A stretch of DNA of 49,833 bases, filler included, from Bipalium vagum (lineage: Eukaryota): NCBI GenBank assembly GCA_037834085.1. It is 2 parts of 2 records of this genome, joined end to end, with 100 filler letters (N's around TTAATTAATTAA, not from the genome) between each part and the next. Parts side by side here need not be neighbours in the genome. Positions count along the whole stretch, not along the records: positions 1 to 30,864 come from JBBMKC010261009.1; 1 more part is not named here. One strand, 5' to 3'. Shown one piece after another: positions 12,860-25,383 of this stretch. Below the pieces are notes generated by a model. That model was not told where the DNA came from. It made no database searches and saw nothing but the letters and a program-made list of their open reading frames with translations. Within the stretch, counting starts at the first letter, position 1; every line of letters begins with the position of its first letter. Made by a program: the position numbers and the translations under genes.

Positions 12860-13949
12860 TCGGTGTTCTGACACGAGTCTGTTTCCCGCCGTCCGATTAT
12901 CACACGCGTCTACAATAAAAAAGAGAAGAACACACGTGTCCATTTTTGTGTTCTTTATTATCATCTTCAGCCTTTACGGAAGATTTTTTTAATTATTTAA
13001 TAAAAATGTCGGTAGTTATGTCAATATTTTTATTTTAATATTGTTTTGGTATTTTTTTTCAAATGATTTGAGAAACTTTTTCCACAGCAATTATAAATCG
13101 AAAAATATAACGACAATAATTATGTAACTGAAAGTTCAAATTTAAAATGAAAATTTTGCATCAGCATAAAATTATAATCATTGCTCATCTCTAACAAAAA
13201 TAGCGATTATTAATATTATTATGAATATTGATTGAAAATATAAATATTGATCGCAAATTTTAATTGATATCTTGCAAAGAGAAAACTATTCTCACTGCCT
13301 ATTGGGGGTATCTCAAAATAAAAGCTAATTTTTTATGAATTTTTATTGATTGCTAAGTTATCACGTTTTTCGATATTGCTTAGATTCGAAAATGAATTAT
13401 TCTGAGACATTATCTGTTACACATGGTCTTCATTAAGTGAATTATTATTATATTAACTTAAATGAATTATTCTGAATATTAACAATTATTAACCTCATTT
13501 TTATTTATCAAGAATTATAGTTCACTGAACTTTAAACAATTTATTTGACCCTTAAGATTTTAATTACCTTTTTGAGTTTTTTATTGAATACGTTTATTTT
13601 CAATTTTAATAATACTCTTACATGAGTGTTGATCGCAAATAAATATAACGCTCGATTATAATATAATAAATTTGTGTGACCGTTTGTGTATTTTTAGAAG
13701 ATTGCAGACTCTACCACTTTGAATCCGAAAGGAAATCACTTTACTTATGAAGCAGTTTTTTACGTTTTAACAGAAATTGAGTTTAATCGATGATGTCAGT
13801 AGTTCATTTAAGATTTCACCTTTATAACAATAATTTTTATATAAAAAGTAATTAACTTTTGAAATTTTTTTTGACATTCCACAAAAATGAACACTATTTA
13901 AGATTTGTAAGACTTAATTTCAAGCAATGGGTATCACTTCTAAAAAATA

Positions 13950-15020
13950 TTAGGCGTGCGAATGTAACTTTAGCTTAATAATTGTATGGGTATTATACAA
14001 TAATCTTTGAATAAATTCATTTTTGCGTTTTTTGTTGTTTAACTGAAGTCATGTATAAACGCTCTATTTATAAATTACAAGGTAAAAATTTCGTTTATAA
14101 AAATTCATACTTTGCATTTTAGATGCAAATGTGTGCCAAAATAAGATATTTTCGAGAAACTTTACTTCGTAGTCCACTTGGAAAGTCTCTACTGATGTAT
14201 ATAAATGTTTGTTGATGCTTAACGTAATCGCGATTCAATTGAAAGAACATACCGAGAATGGTTTCAACGAGTTCAAAGTAGATATTTTAATGTACTCAAC
14301 AAGCAATATGGAAGAGAAAGAGGAACTTTGAAGACGATGAAGTACAAGTGTTTTGAATCAAAGACAAAACACAAAATAAAAACAATTGACTGTTTCACTG
14401 ACTGTAACTCGACAAGTAATTTCCAATTATTTATTTAATAAAGAAGAAGAAAGAAAGTTTGGTGCCTTATAGAGAAAGATGACAGAAAGAGACAAACAAA
14501 AAAAATTCAGAATTTTTATCCAAAGGAATAAGAAAATGACAATTTTTTGGTAAACTTTAATGTTACAGGTCATGAGTTAATACAGAACAGCCCAGAAATT
14601 CAGTTGCAAAACGCATATTCCATTGAAAAATGTATTATGTGTATGGCGGGATTTAAATTTTTCTGCACTGTGCATCATGAATCAAGAAATAGATTCTGGC
14701 AATCGTAACGAACATCAAATAATACAAAGAAGCCAAGAACTCAGAGCAGAAGAACCAGAATGTTTTTCTAACATTAAAATGTCATACCATCAGGTGACAT
14801 GTGCAAAACCGATCTCAGGCGCATTGAAAGAACGGATATTAGATGTGTTACCCTACCCTTCGTACTCACTATATTTAGCCTTGTCGGGTTTTTATTTGTT
14901 TTAGTGGATTGAACATTGTCTATTAGAACAGGGCTTCAAGAACTATGATCTAAAAATGGTTCTATGGTCTTATTATTTCAAAATCAATATTTTTATAAAC
15001 GGAATTCATAAATTTTACAA
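13950..15020 (+). mobile_element. Degenerate mariner (Mos1/mauritiana-like) transposon
   Basis: TA|TTAGGCGTGCGAAT terminus; SIERTYREWFQR, KNVLCVWRD and LPYPSYSLYLALSGFYLF (compare HPAYSPDLAPSDYHLF); many stops. Confidence 0.85.
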
Positions 15021-15339
15021 ATTTCTGAATTTTATTTTATTAATTTTGCTAATCATGCCTACTAAAAATGTGCTTTGACTTTTCTCAATGATATTGAATT
15101 TTCTGTTGATAAAAGAAATAAAGGGATGATATTTGGACATCAGAAATGTTATTTAATAATATTGAAAAAACTAAATGACCGTTATTGTTTTTATTTTTCA
15201 AATGATGAAAAGCACACATTAAGTAAACACAAAGTTAAATTTTCAAGCAAATATTAATCAATTTTCTGACTCAAGTATGGTTTTTTTAAAAATGGTTCTT
15301 TCGAATAAAAAAACGCAGTTGGATAGAAATCTGTTAATT

Positions 15340-15760
15340 AAACTCAATAAAAATTGTTCCACAAGAATAAAGTCTGCTATAATTATTTACTCTGCTTTAA
15401 TTCTGATTCTACTTCTTGGGCTCTGCTCCTCTTCTAGTTCAATTCTGTTTTTCTACCGGCTGTGAAAAAATCGGAGTTTCTTAAATGGTCTCCATTGATC
15501 AATCACTACTCTCAACAGGGATATCTTGTCTTTTCACAAGGAGAAACTCGGAGGTTTCAATTTCTCAGCTCAACCCGATCTTAGTTGGCTTAGCTGAATA
15601 ATTGATTCCACGAATGCCTTCAATAACAAGCCCGCAATCTTTCTATTCTTGCTTGGTCTACCAGCTCACTATTTCCATTAGAAAAATGAAACTTTAGAAG
15701 ATTTATTTATTCAGCTCGGCTCAAACGTGTTCACCAGAGCTGAACAATTAACGGACTTGG
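15340..15760 (-). repeat. Dispersed repeat related to 44130-44370, probably a retroelement gag-like remnant
   Basis: Shares ordered blocks (gctgtg.aaaat, ctccattg, cagggatatctt) with 44130-44370; minus strand is purine-rich. Confidence 0.45.
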
Positions 15761-16564
15761 CTTCCTGACTAAAATTTTTAATGGAAAATAAAAAATATAT
15801 ATTTTTTTATATGGAAAAGTTTTAATTATAAGTTTCCATTTTCCCATTAGTAATATTTTAGGTTTTTCAATAATTTTTAATGCTATTATAAAATTATCAA
15901 TACTTTAATATCGTTACCATTATCAATTTGCAAAAGGAGCACTTCTGCCTATCTAATTCATCAACTTCAATTTTACTATCTTTCCACCATTCTCCATCAA
16001 TTAATACAACTGGTTCTGTTCCCAATTTTCTACAGGTCGATCAATTATCGCCAAAACTACCATTTATCAGATCATTTTATTATCGTAACCATAATTACTG
16101 TTAATATTTTCTTATAATCACTTGTATTATTATGATTACAGTAAAAAATACAATAATTAACAGAAGTTATTATTTATTATTATACAATATTATATTATTA
16201 TATAAAATAAGTCTTTTCGAAACTAAATAAAAAATCCAAACGTCAGGGTGGTTGACTATTTTAGTTTCGGAAACTTAGTAACAGGAAGACAGTTGCATTT
16301 TCTCTCAAAACGTATTATCCAATCAGTCCAATTTTCTCGTTGCATACATGCTTCATCTGCAGTTGCAGGGAAAAAATACTCCACAATACTCACTCACACA
16401 CACATTCACACAAATGGGCACACTCAACAATGTTTTCGTCTGTCATGGCTGCCCATTCAACGAGCACACCCAAAAGTATTCGTAACAATTTGTTTAATAC
16501 AAATAACTTTGACAAGTTTTATCAGGATCGGTTTCGGATCACATTTCGTATTTTATTGTTACGT

Positions 16565-16950
16565 ATAGGTTGACAAGTAACATTTGAAATTATAATATAA
16601 TTATTTTTATTGAATTTTATGCATTGAATGTCGATCTGTGTCTCGCATAGCGTTGAGAATGAAAAAATCGTTGAATTGAAATATAAATTTAACTCATTCA
16701 TAACCAATCAAAGAATATTGAAACGGGAAATGATTATTGATCCACCAAATAGACCAACGATCAGCACAATATTAAACAAATTCCTCAAATTGAGGATAGT
16801 CATGGATGCACCGAAAAGTCAAGCAAATAAAAGGGAATATTTTCAATGAGAAAATTAACTGTTACAAGAAGGGCCCAACACATCACTCATATTTGATATC
16901 TTTCAATAGTCTTCACAAAATAGTAACCAGAACTTTGGTCACACTGAAGT
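16565..16950 (+). mobile_element. Tc1/mariner rosa (DD41D)-type 5' fragment
   Basis: EKIVELKYKFNSFITNQRILKREM..PPNRPTISTILNKFLKLRIVMDAPKS matches the DUF4817-type HTH N-terminus. Confidence 0.7.
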
Positions 16951-17839
16951 AGAAAAATCGAAAATAAAATAGGGCAATCAAAATTAACATAATTAATATT
17001 ATCCCAAAATGTAAAGCGAGAGTGATCTGAATGAATTAACTCTCACTGCCTTCATGAGATTATTCCATGTCACGCTAATTAAATCGTAATTAACGAATTA
17101 GTACTTGATTGTGATTTCAATGTTCATTCTTAATTAATTAATAAATTTAATTTAACTAATTATTTTAAATTAGGTAATTACAGATTAATTAAGGGGACAG
17201 AGAATTTTACGGGAAAAGGGACAGTTAAATAAAAATATTTTTTTAATGAAAAAAAATAAAATAAAAAAGAAAAAGGACAACATGATTTTTCTTAAGTGAA
17301 AAATATACAGAAAAGTTAACACGAAAATAAAAAATCGATTTTAATTTTGATTTTACCCAAAATTGTTTTGTATAGTTTTGTTTAAATTCAAGAAAAATAT
17401 CCTCAACATATGATTGATTAAAACAAAACTCTTCCAATAACCATATTTTAATGATGGGAATAAAATTTTTATAATATGAACCCCAGATGTANNNNNNNNN
17501 NNNNNNNNNNNNNNNNNNNNNNNNNNNNNNNNNNNNNNNNNNNNNNNNNNNNNNNNNNNNNNNNNNNNNNNNNNNNNNNNNNNNNNNNNNNNNNNNNNNN
17601 NNNNNNNNNNNNNNNNNNNNNNNNNNNNNNNNNNNNNNNNNNNNNNNNNNNNNNNNNNNNNNNNNNNNNNNNNNNTATTTTTTTCTTGTTTTAATCAAAA
17701 TTTTTAACTAAAACTCAAACTGTCAGCTTAGAAAGTATCCGGTGAATGTTTAATCTTTACCCTTACCCTCTCACTGAATCCGCAAACCTTTGCCGATGAC
17801 AAAATATAAATCAATATTTTTATTGATATAACAACAATA

Positions 17840-18505
17840 TCAAATATTGAAACCGAAATTATCGTACTCTCTGGAAAAGAAGCCCTCTGATTTCGCTGAA
17901 AGGGAGTCTGATTTGATAAAGCAATCATCCGTGATTGATTGTGATAGAATGTCTTTGGACATTGACTGGTCCTCGCATAACGAAGATTTATGGGGCTCGC
18001 AATCGTCGTTCGGCTGAGAATCGCATAATGCAATTGATACGGGCAGATTCTTCTTTATTTCTGGCTTGGCTGTGACACAAATGTTGAACAGATCGAAATT
18101 ATGAAAGAGGCTCTTGTGACAACTACTTATTGTCGTTTCGTTAAACGAATTCAGGAACATAATTGGCGTTATAAGCTCCTTTGTGCAGAAGACTCTGAAA
18201 GATTGGCAGGTCATGAGATGTTCGATAACAGTTGGCCTGTCAAAAATAACGAAAAATATGGATTTGTAGCATTTGTGAATGTGGTCCAGAAGCGAATTGA
18301 TGGAGGCGGTTGGAACGACATCCATGGAATTAGTCTGGGCATGGCTTATGGTCGCCGAGTCGTACAGGCTGATTTCGTAGGCCATTTGATTGAAAATCGT
18401 TCTGAAATCGAAAACAAACGTCGGAACAAATGTTCATTATTGCCATCATTTATTATTTGTGTTCGCCTGATGAAAAGAGAATCAATACGGTTTAGTTTCA
18501 GCTGA
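17840..18505. CDS. GC-richer coding island, strand unresolved (overlapping 181-aa minus and 134-aa plus ORFs)
   Basis: The longest ORFs in the window; plausible splice sites on both strands; no recognisable domain. Confidence 0.5.
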
Positions 18506-19323
18506 AACGGACGCTGATTATTGTATTGGATAATTAATTAATTAATTATTTATTTATGATTAATAATTAATTTTTCGTACATTTCTGAACAATTCGCCTG
18601 TTAGATAATTAACATGATATTTGGTAATAAATTCCAAGGATAATAATTTATTATTTATTTAATTATTCATTGGAAATTATTTTCTGATATGTAATTTTTA
18701 TACNNNNNNNNNNNNNNNNNNNNNNNNNNNNNNNNNNNNNNNNNNNNNNNNNNNNNNNNNNNNNNNNNNNNNNNNNNNNNNNNNNNNNNNNNNNNNNNNN
18801 NNNNNNNNNNNNNNNNNNNNNNNNNNNNNNNNNNNNNNNNNNNNNNNNNNNNTTTTATTATGAATATTATCAAGTGAAACCCAACAAATAAATGTTTATA
18901 ACCGAAACCAACAAACATCTAATTAAAAGGTGCATCATTATAGAAGTTTTACAGCACCAGCAAACTTGAATAGGATTGACTTGTCATATTGATGAATAAA
19001 ATAAATAAAGTATGTCACATTAAAATTTGGTGTTATATGGTTTTTAGTAATGATGATTGAAGTATATTAATAAATTTTAATTATATCAAGATTTAATAAT
19101 ATATTAATATCTTCGTCAATGATTTATTATTTATAGAAATGGTAAAAATGGTTGATCTTGAAAGTAATTAAATTTGAGAAAATAATTAACTTATAAATAA
19201 ATAATAAATGGTAACAATCTTAGTTTAAATTAAATCCAATGCATATCAAAGATGTTGAGATTAATAATTAATAATAATAATAGTAATAATAATAAATATT
19301 ATATATTTAAATAAGGCTAATAG

Positions 19324-19439
19324 GTGTAACTAAACTTCTCAATGGAAATATTGAACATGACGCTAGTAGAAATTGGCAGAATAACCTATTGTTGGGTTCG
19401 AAAAAGGCAAAAACATCAAAGCCTAAATCAAAGGAATAA
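19324..19439 (+). CDS. Candidate terminal exon of an unknown gene
   Basis: aatag acceptor; GVTKLLNGNIEHDASRNWQNNLLLGSKKAKTSKPKSKE* inside AT-rich flanks. Confidence 0.35.
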
Positions 19440-20959
19440 TAATAATAATAAAATTAATTAAGTTTTAATTAAAAGATGCATGTTTTACGAAAACTTGATG
19501 ATCATTTATTATAATATTATCTCGCAGTCGAGATAATGATAAAGATATAATAATTAATTAATTAATTAATTAATAATAATAAAAATAATTATATCCCGCC
19601 ATTTATTATAAATAGGATTATTATTATAAAAGTAATTTTTTCTGACCGCCGAATTAAATTCAGAATTAATGGGCTATTAGGGTAAATAACCTTTCAGACG
19701 TAGAGATTGGCGGTCGTAGAGGCAGATTATTCGAAGAAAGAACAATGTGATGTTAATCCTGATACCAAACGTGCTAAACATAAAACTTTTGATGATCGAC
19801 TAGAATAAAATGCAATTTAAAAGGTCGGCGTCGGTTGAAGAGAACATCTGTCCTGAACACGCCATACTAGAACGACTATCGGTACTGAACGGGCCTCACA
19901 ACCTCAAATCCAGCTGAGGATGGAGTCAGTGGGTCAACACAGTCGTGGTCGTACCTCTTCATTATATCTTTAACCAAGTTCAAAATAAAAATAAAATATC
20001 AAATATATTTAACATGAAATTTATGTTAATTTAATAAAATCTTCATGTACCAATGATATTAAATTACAAATAAGATTAAGTAACAATGATATGAATAAAC
20101 AAATTTTCAATTTTGAGCTTCAATAGAACTTAACTCTTTAGTAAAAGAAGAATTCTCTTTTTTCCAACATTTAATTATTTAAAAATCTGACAAACTTTTC
20201 AAAATTAAAACAACTTCAATTATCAAGTAATTATTTGTTAATTTTTAATTATCTCATATCCCTTTCCTTTATAAGAATAGTGAAAATTCTCTGCATTTCT
20301 TTCAAATTCCAGTCCGAGACTATCTCTGAGACAATAACGTATATTATGACTTTTCTCTAAAATTTCAAAGGGACTTTCAAATTTCTCTGATTTTTATAAA
20401 ACTGTTATAGCTTTACAAGGAATTTTCCTCCAATTTTAAAGTGTTTTCAAGTAAAAAAAATCACTACAATGTCTTTCAAATCAAAGAGAAACTGCAAGAG
20501 AATAGTTAAAATAAATTTATTATTAATGGGTCACTAATCCAATCAATAAAACATTAATAATAAATGAAAATCAACAAAATAAGAAGAAACAACAAAAGAA
20601 AACCGTCTGACCCGGAATGAACAATGAGTTCCGGTGTCGTCCTGTAGGCTGTACGGTCACCTATGAATTCCCAAACTCCACGGGACCCATCGAAAAATCC
20701 TGTTGTATTTTGGAAATAAACATAAGCATAAATTTTGTTTGACGATCCTATTCTCCTGAAGATAATTTATTCTCTTCCGACGAAAATGTCAAATGGTGAT
20801 TTCTTCCTTCATACGGTAATTTCTGTTTCTTTTTCAATCATCCCAAAACTATGATTTCAAATCAAAATTCCCAAAAATGTATAAAATCCTGCAATAGACA
20901 TTAATACTTCATCCAGATTTAGAAAAAGATCGGGAATTCTGGATTGAGAAAAAAGGTTC

Positions 20960-21860
20960 TCTAAGATTTTGAAGAAGAATGTTGAAACAACGGGGAAAGA
21001 TGCAATTTTGAAGATAGGTTAAGACTACCCTTTGGCAGACCAAAAAAGATATTATTAGATTTAGAAAAGATGCTAAAGAAATATACAAGAAGAGGATGTA
21101 GAAATATATTTTCGAGGAACGGAAGAAATTGTGGACAAGATATTAGCTCACAATTGAGATTGAGAATCACTAATAGCAGAGCTTATAATCAACGGAGCGA
21201 AGAGTATGAGGATGATGGAAGAGACAAAAACGAGGAAATTGACAGCGCCAAAAGAAATAGAAGAACCCATACGAGTAATGACGGATCTTGAAAAGGATTT
21301 AAGTAGAATAAACGCTGTGTGTTCCTTCAGAGACATGTTGAACAATGAATTTACAGGAAATGAAAAGAGTTCAGGCGTAAGAATACAGGTAGAGGGGACA
21401 ATAGAAAGAGCCTCAATTTCGAAACCGATGCTGATTATGTAATAAGCAGGGAAACATAATTCAGAATTTTCATGCAATAGAAATGGTTTTCATTTGGTAT
21501 ACAACGTCACATAAGCAGATTTCTTCCAAACAACAATTTAACTAGATGTGAAAGAAATGGACATGGAGAAAATAATTGTACTTATTTTGTGCAATCCAAG
21601 TAGAACAAACAGATGGGAGCAGAAAGCATGATGTCAATAGGGTAGAAGATTTGAGAAAATATTCGAATGATATTCAAGACGCAGACCAGAATAACAGATA
21701 TTAAAGACAATTATGAAGAAGATTGAAAGAGAGAACCAAAATGTATCGGCCTCGATGAGAGGAAATTAGCATTAGCACAGCATTAGCAGAAATATTGGAT
21801 CCCTCAATAAAAGAGTTGGCCGAGAGAATGATTTTAGAATGATATGAGAAAGACATAATC
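20960..21860 (+). mobile_element. Degenerate LTR-retrotransposon (Gypsy-like) gag
   Basis: Purine-rich broken ORF with two decayed CCHC knuckles (RC*LCNKQGNIIQN; TRCERNGHGENNC). Confidence 0.6.
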
Positions 21861-22899
21861 TCAAGACATTTTTATAAATTAATCTTTTACTAATGTATTA
21901 TTTAACGCAGTCATTTTTTTCTTAAAATGAAGATTAAAAAAATTTTCCTGAAAAAATAAAACGCCAGATATTTTTATCCATAGAATATAACTATTTTCCA
22001 TGAAATATTGACTTTTCCATCTATTATGGATATTTCAATAGATTATATCATCTTTCCATAGACAATAAAATTTAATCATGGATTTTAAAAATTTTCCATA
22101 TTTTAATGAAAAACCCATAGATTTTAAGATTTGTTTCAATTAAAAAAATATATTTGTCTTCAGACCGAAAACAATGAAAAGTAATAGAAAATAAAAATTA
22201 TGTTTTCAATAACGACCTTTGGAAAATTAGATTGCGTAGTTATCTACTTAATTTTACAATAGTTATATATTATTGTTGGAAAGAATGGAAAGCTCATTGT
22301 GAAGCTGATTTAAGAATTTACTATGATAAAAATACTGGTAACATGTATTGTATAAAAAAGCAACATTTATTTTATGAAAACGCTTTCTGACCATCTTTGT
22401 CGGTTTTTAGATTTTTTCAATTTGATTATGATTGTCTTTGGAACCATCTTTTTGCATTTTTCTTCAGATTATTTTAGTAGCCTCGGCAACTCTGTTTTCC
22501 GCCAGTCATCGGCAGCAAGTTGCGAAGGATTAAAAACAAAGAAAATTACGGTGTTCTTCGACAATCTTCAGCTGTGCGAAAGAATATTACTGAAGAAATC
22601 AACCATCTTAACTGCTTCTAGGGGGAACTATTATTAACTCCCTCAATTCATCACCTATTAGATTTTTCGAAATTACCCTATACCCTAAGTCATAAGCAAT
22701 ATCATAGTATAAAAATAAGAAATAAGACCTGGTCTTTGTGTTTTAATCGAAACATACTAATAGGTGTTTTTATGTCTTTAGTTTTTATAAATAGCTCCTC
22801 CAGGAAAATTATACATTAAAACCCTTATTGATCCATCACCATAAAATTTCTTTTACAAAATAAAATAATAAATACAAAAATATAAAGAAAATTATCATC

Positions 22900-24370
22900 T
22901 CACAGCTTTAACCCTTTTTACCCTCCTATCTTGAGCCTTGCAGTCTGGCTAATTTAGGATATTGCCATGTACATGAGCGAATGAATCAGGATACAATTCC
23001 TTGATTCATTCATTGGGGCTTACTTAATGCCTTTTTTGTTCTCAACCCATGAAACTTGAGTGTCAAACTACTTCTGGCCATTAAGAAATCCTCGGTGTAA
23101 TCTCATCCTGAGCCACGGAATTACGATAATATATACGATAAATATACATTACATCAAAGAGATAGATAAAATTACTTATGATTTCAATGAAAATAAGAAA
23201 AAGTTATAGTTTCAGTAAAAAGATTTTTAAGAATAAAAAAGGACAAAAAACAAAACAAAGCAAACAGAAATTCTTAAAATTTTTAAAGGTTATAAAAAAA
23301 GGGGAAAATTTTTTTGGTAAAATGTTTAAATTTTTAAATTTATTTAAAGATTTTTTAAAATTTATCTTTAAAGCTTATTTATTTTTAAAAAGAAATGAAA
23401 TTAGTGATAGAATTTTTTTTAGAAGTTACTACGCTTATTATATGACATTTTGAGGTCGATGAGATTGATAACTTTCTTATCCTTGAATATGAAAATTCAA
23501 TCTGAACGTATCCATATCTACGTCCAATCCCTAGTCCCTCAGAAAGTTATACAACAGCCTTAACACGTGATTGTGTTTCACTGTTGGTTAATGTGGTCGG
23601 GCGGGGCAATGATTCAGCACGTGGGCTTGTGCTTCCACTGTAGTTTTGCAGAGCCTATAGTCGATGTAACAATGTTCAGAGGACGAGACTTTAGCGCTAA
23701 ATTATTACTTCGTGCTTTAGTCATGAAAAACCAATGCGTTGCAGGCAGTGTATTGGTAATCATGATTTTATTGGATCGCACACTCATTGAGGAGCAACCC
23801 AAAACCCGACCTTGGCCAACATGACTATTTCTATTTAGGATCATCCCACATAGACACTGATACATGGTATAAGCCTTGGGTTTGAACTGATGTGTGTTAA
23901 TCATGTGTTTATCATAATTAAGGCACCTTCGCGCCTGGGCGTGGTATTCCTTAGAACATTTTGTGCATTGTAGCTTAAGTTTTGATATCGCCTTAGCTAC
24001 GACGTTATTCTCACCTCCTCCAGCGAAGAATTATAGAAATTCATAGTCCACAAAAGGGAGGAGCTTGATGATCCGTCAGATAAAAAGCCAGGAGATTTTT
24101 CGAAATCCTGTTCCATAATTCCGTATAGGTTACTATCGGATAGGTCCGTTGAATCTTTGACATGATTCTCCGGGTTCTCCTGTCCTTTGGTCTTCCACCT
24201 TTTCAGACTCCCAGTACTTTGGTCAATGACCACTTCGCTTGTTTTAGAGGATCTTTTCGACGTTTATACAGGACTCATGGATGTTTTGTCTCCTTCGGTG
24301 TTTTGGTGTGATGAAAACCCATCAAAGAGGTCTGAGTCATCATCACATGTAATATAAATATCATTAATTA
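22900..24370 (-). mobile_element. RT-deleted R2-group (NeSL/Utopia-like) non-LTR retrotransposon
   Basis: N-terminal CTKCSKEY...HMINTH finger; C-terminal QGRVL...HWFFMTKARSNNL (compare DWRFIHRARLN), RLCKTTVEAQAHVLNHC knuckle, then an RLE-like NLIDLKM segment; A-rich interruption at ~23150-23430. Confidence 0.7.
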
Positions 24371-25383
24371 TGTTTTTATTTAAATTATTAAAATCTGTTT
24401 TTCCTATAGAGTCAGTTTATCGGTGCTCACTGGGTGTTGGTCTTTTTCTTCTACCTATTAAACTTATAATGTCCTTAAAATTGATTTTTTCTACTTTATT
24501 ATTAGTATTTATAGCGTAAATATTAATTTAATTCATTATATCGCTGTTCTTATTGCAATTATCTTTAATGTTATTATCTACACTGGTATTTTCAGTAATC
24601 TAATCGTTATTATTATTAATACCACTACTATTATTACTACTATTAATTAATCGCAGGTTCTTTTTTTGCCAAAATGAATACAAGTCTACATTTTTGTTGA
24701 TTTTGAATGCACTGAAAGATTATTTAAAGCTAAATTCTCTTAATTTAAATGTAAACAATATAATTGGTGATAATTCAGAGGCTATAAGTTCAACTGTAGA
24801 AGAATTTGAGAGAACTCTCCAACGCACACATTGCTGAGCACATGTTATTAGATTAATCAAAGAAAAAGCCAAAGCTTTAAAAGCCCTACAAAATGATTTC
24901 ATGACTGACATTATCTTTATGCAAAAAGTAACAGATAAAAAGTATTTGATTTGTTGTCAAAGTTGTTACAAAGAAAATAAAGCATTAAGCAACCAAAGGA
25001 ATTCATTGATAAATAATTCTTACTTTAAATGGTAAAAAATCAAAATTGGTTTGAATCTTATGACATTTTTTCTACGTCAACCGACTATATAAAAGAAACA
25101 TATGAAAATTGTGAAAGATTAAGTTTTCTGAATTTTTAAACATGTCAAGGGATATTTTTAAAAAATTATTCTGAAACAATTCCGTGTTTGAAAAAATGAC
25201 TTATAACTAGGGCAATTTTTTTAACCTAAAAATAATTTTTTAACTTTATTATTAAAAATTTTAACCGTATTTTAACTTTTAGCGTACCTTAATGCCTATT
25301 AAGGCAAAATATTTTTTAACTTTATATTAAAAATTTTAACCTTATTTTAATCTTAAAGTACATAACAAAGGTTGTTTATTGTA

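Noticed and set aside
12764-12964. Minus-strand 66-aa ORF
   Set aside because: It is codon-aligned antisense to the more protein-like plus frame.
17243-18918. ORFs containing long X runs
   Set aside because: They are artefacts of translating N gaps.
23178-23453. 91-aa K/F-rich ORF
   Set aside because: Low-complexity A/T tract interrupting the retroelement.
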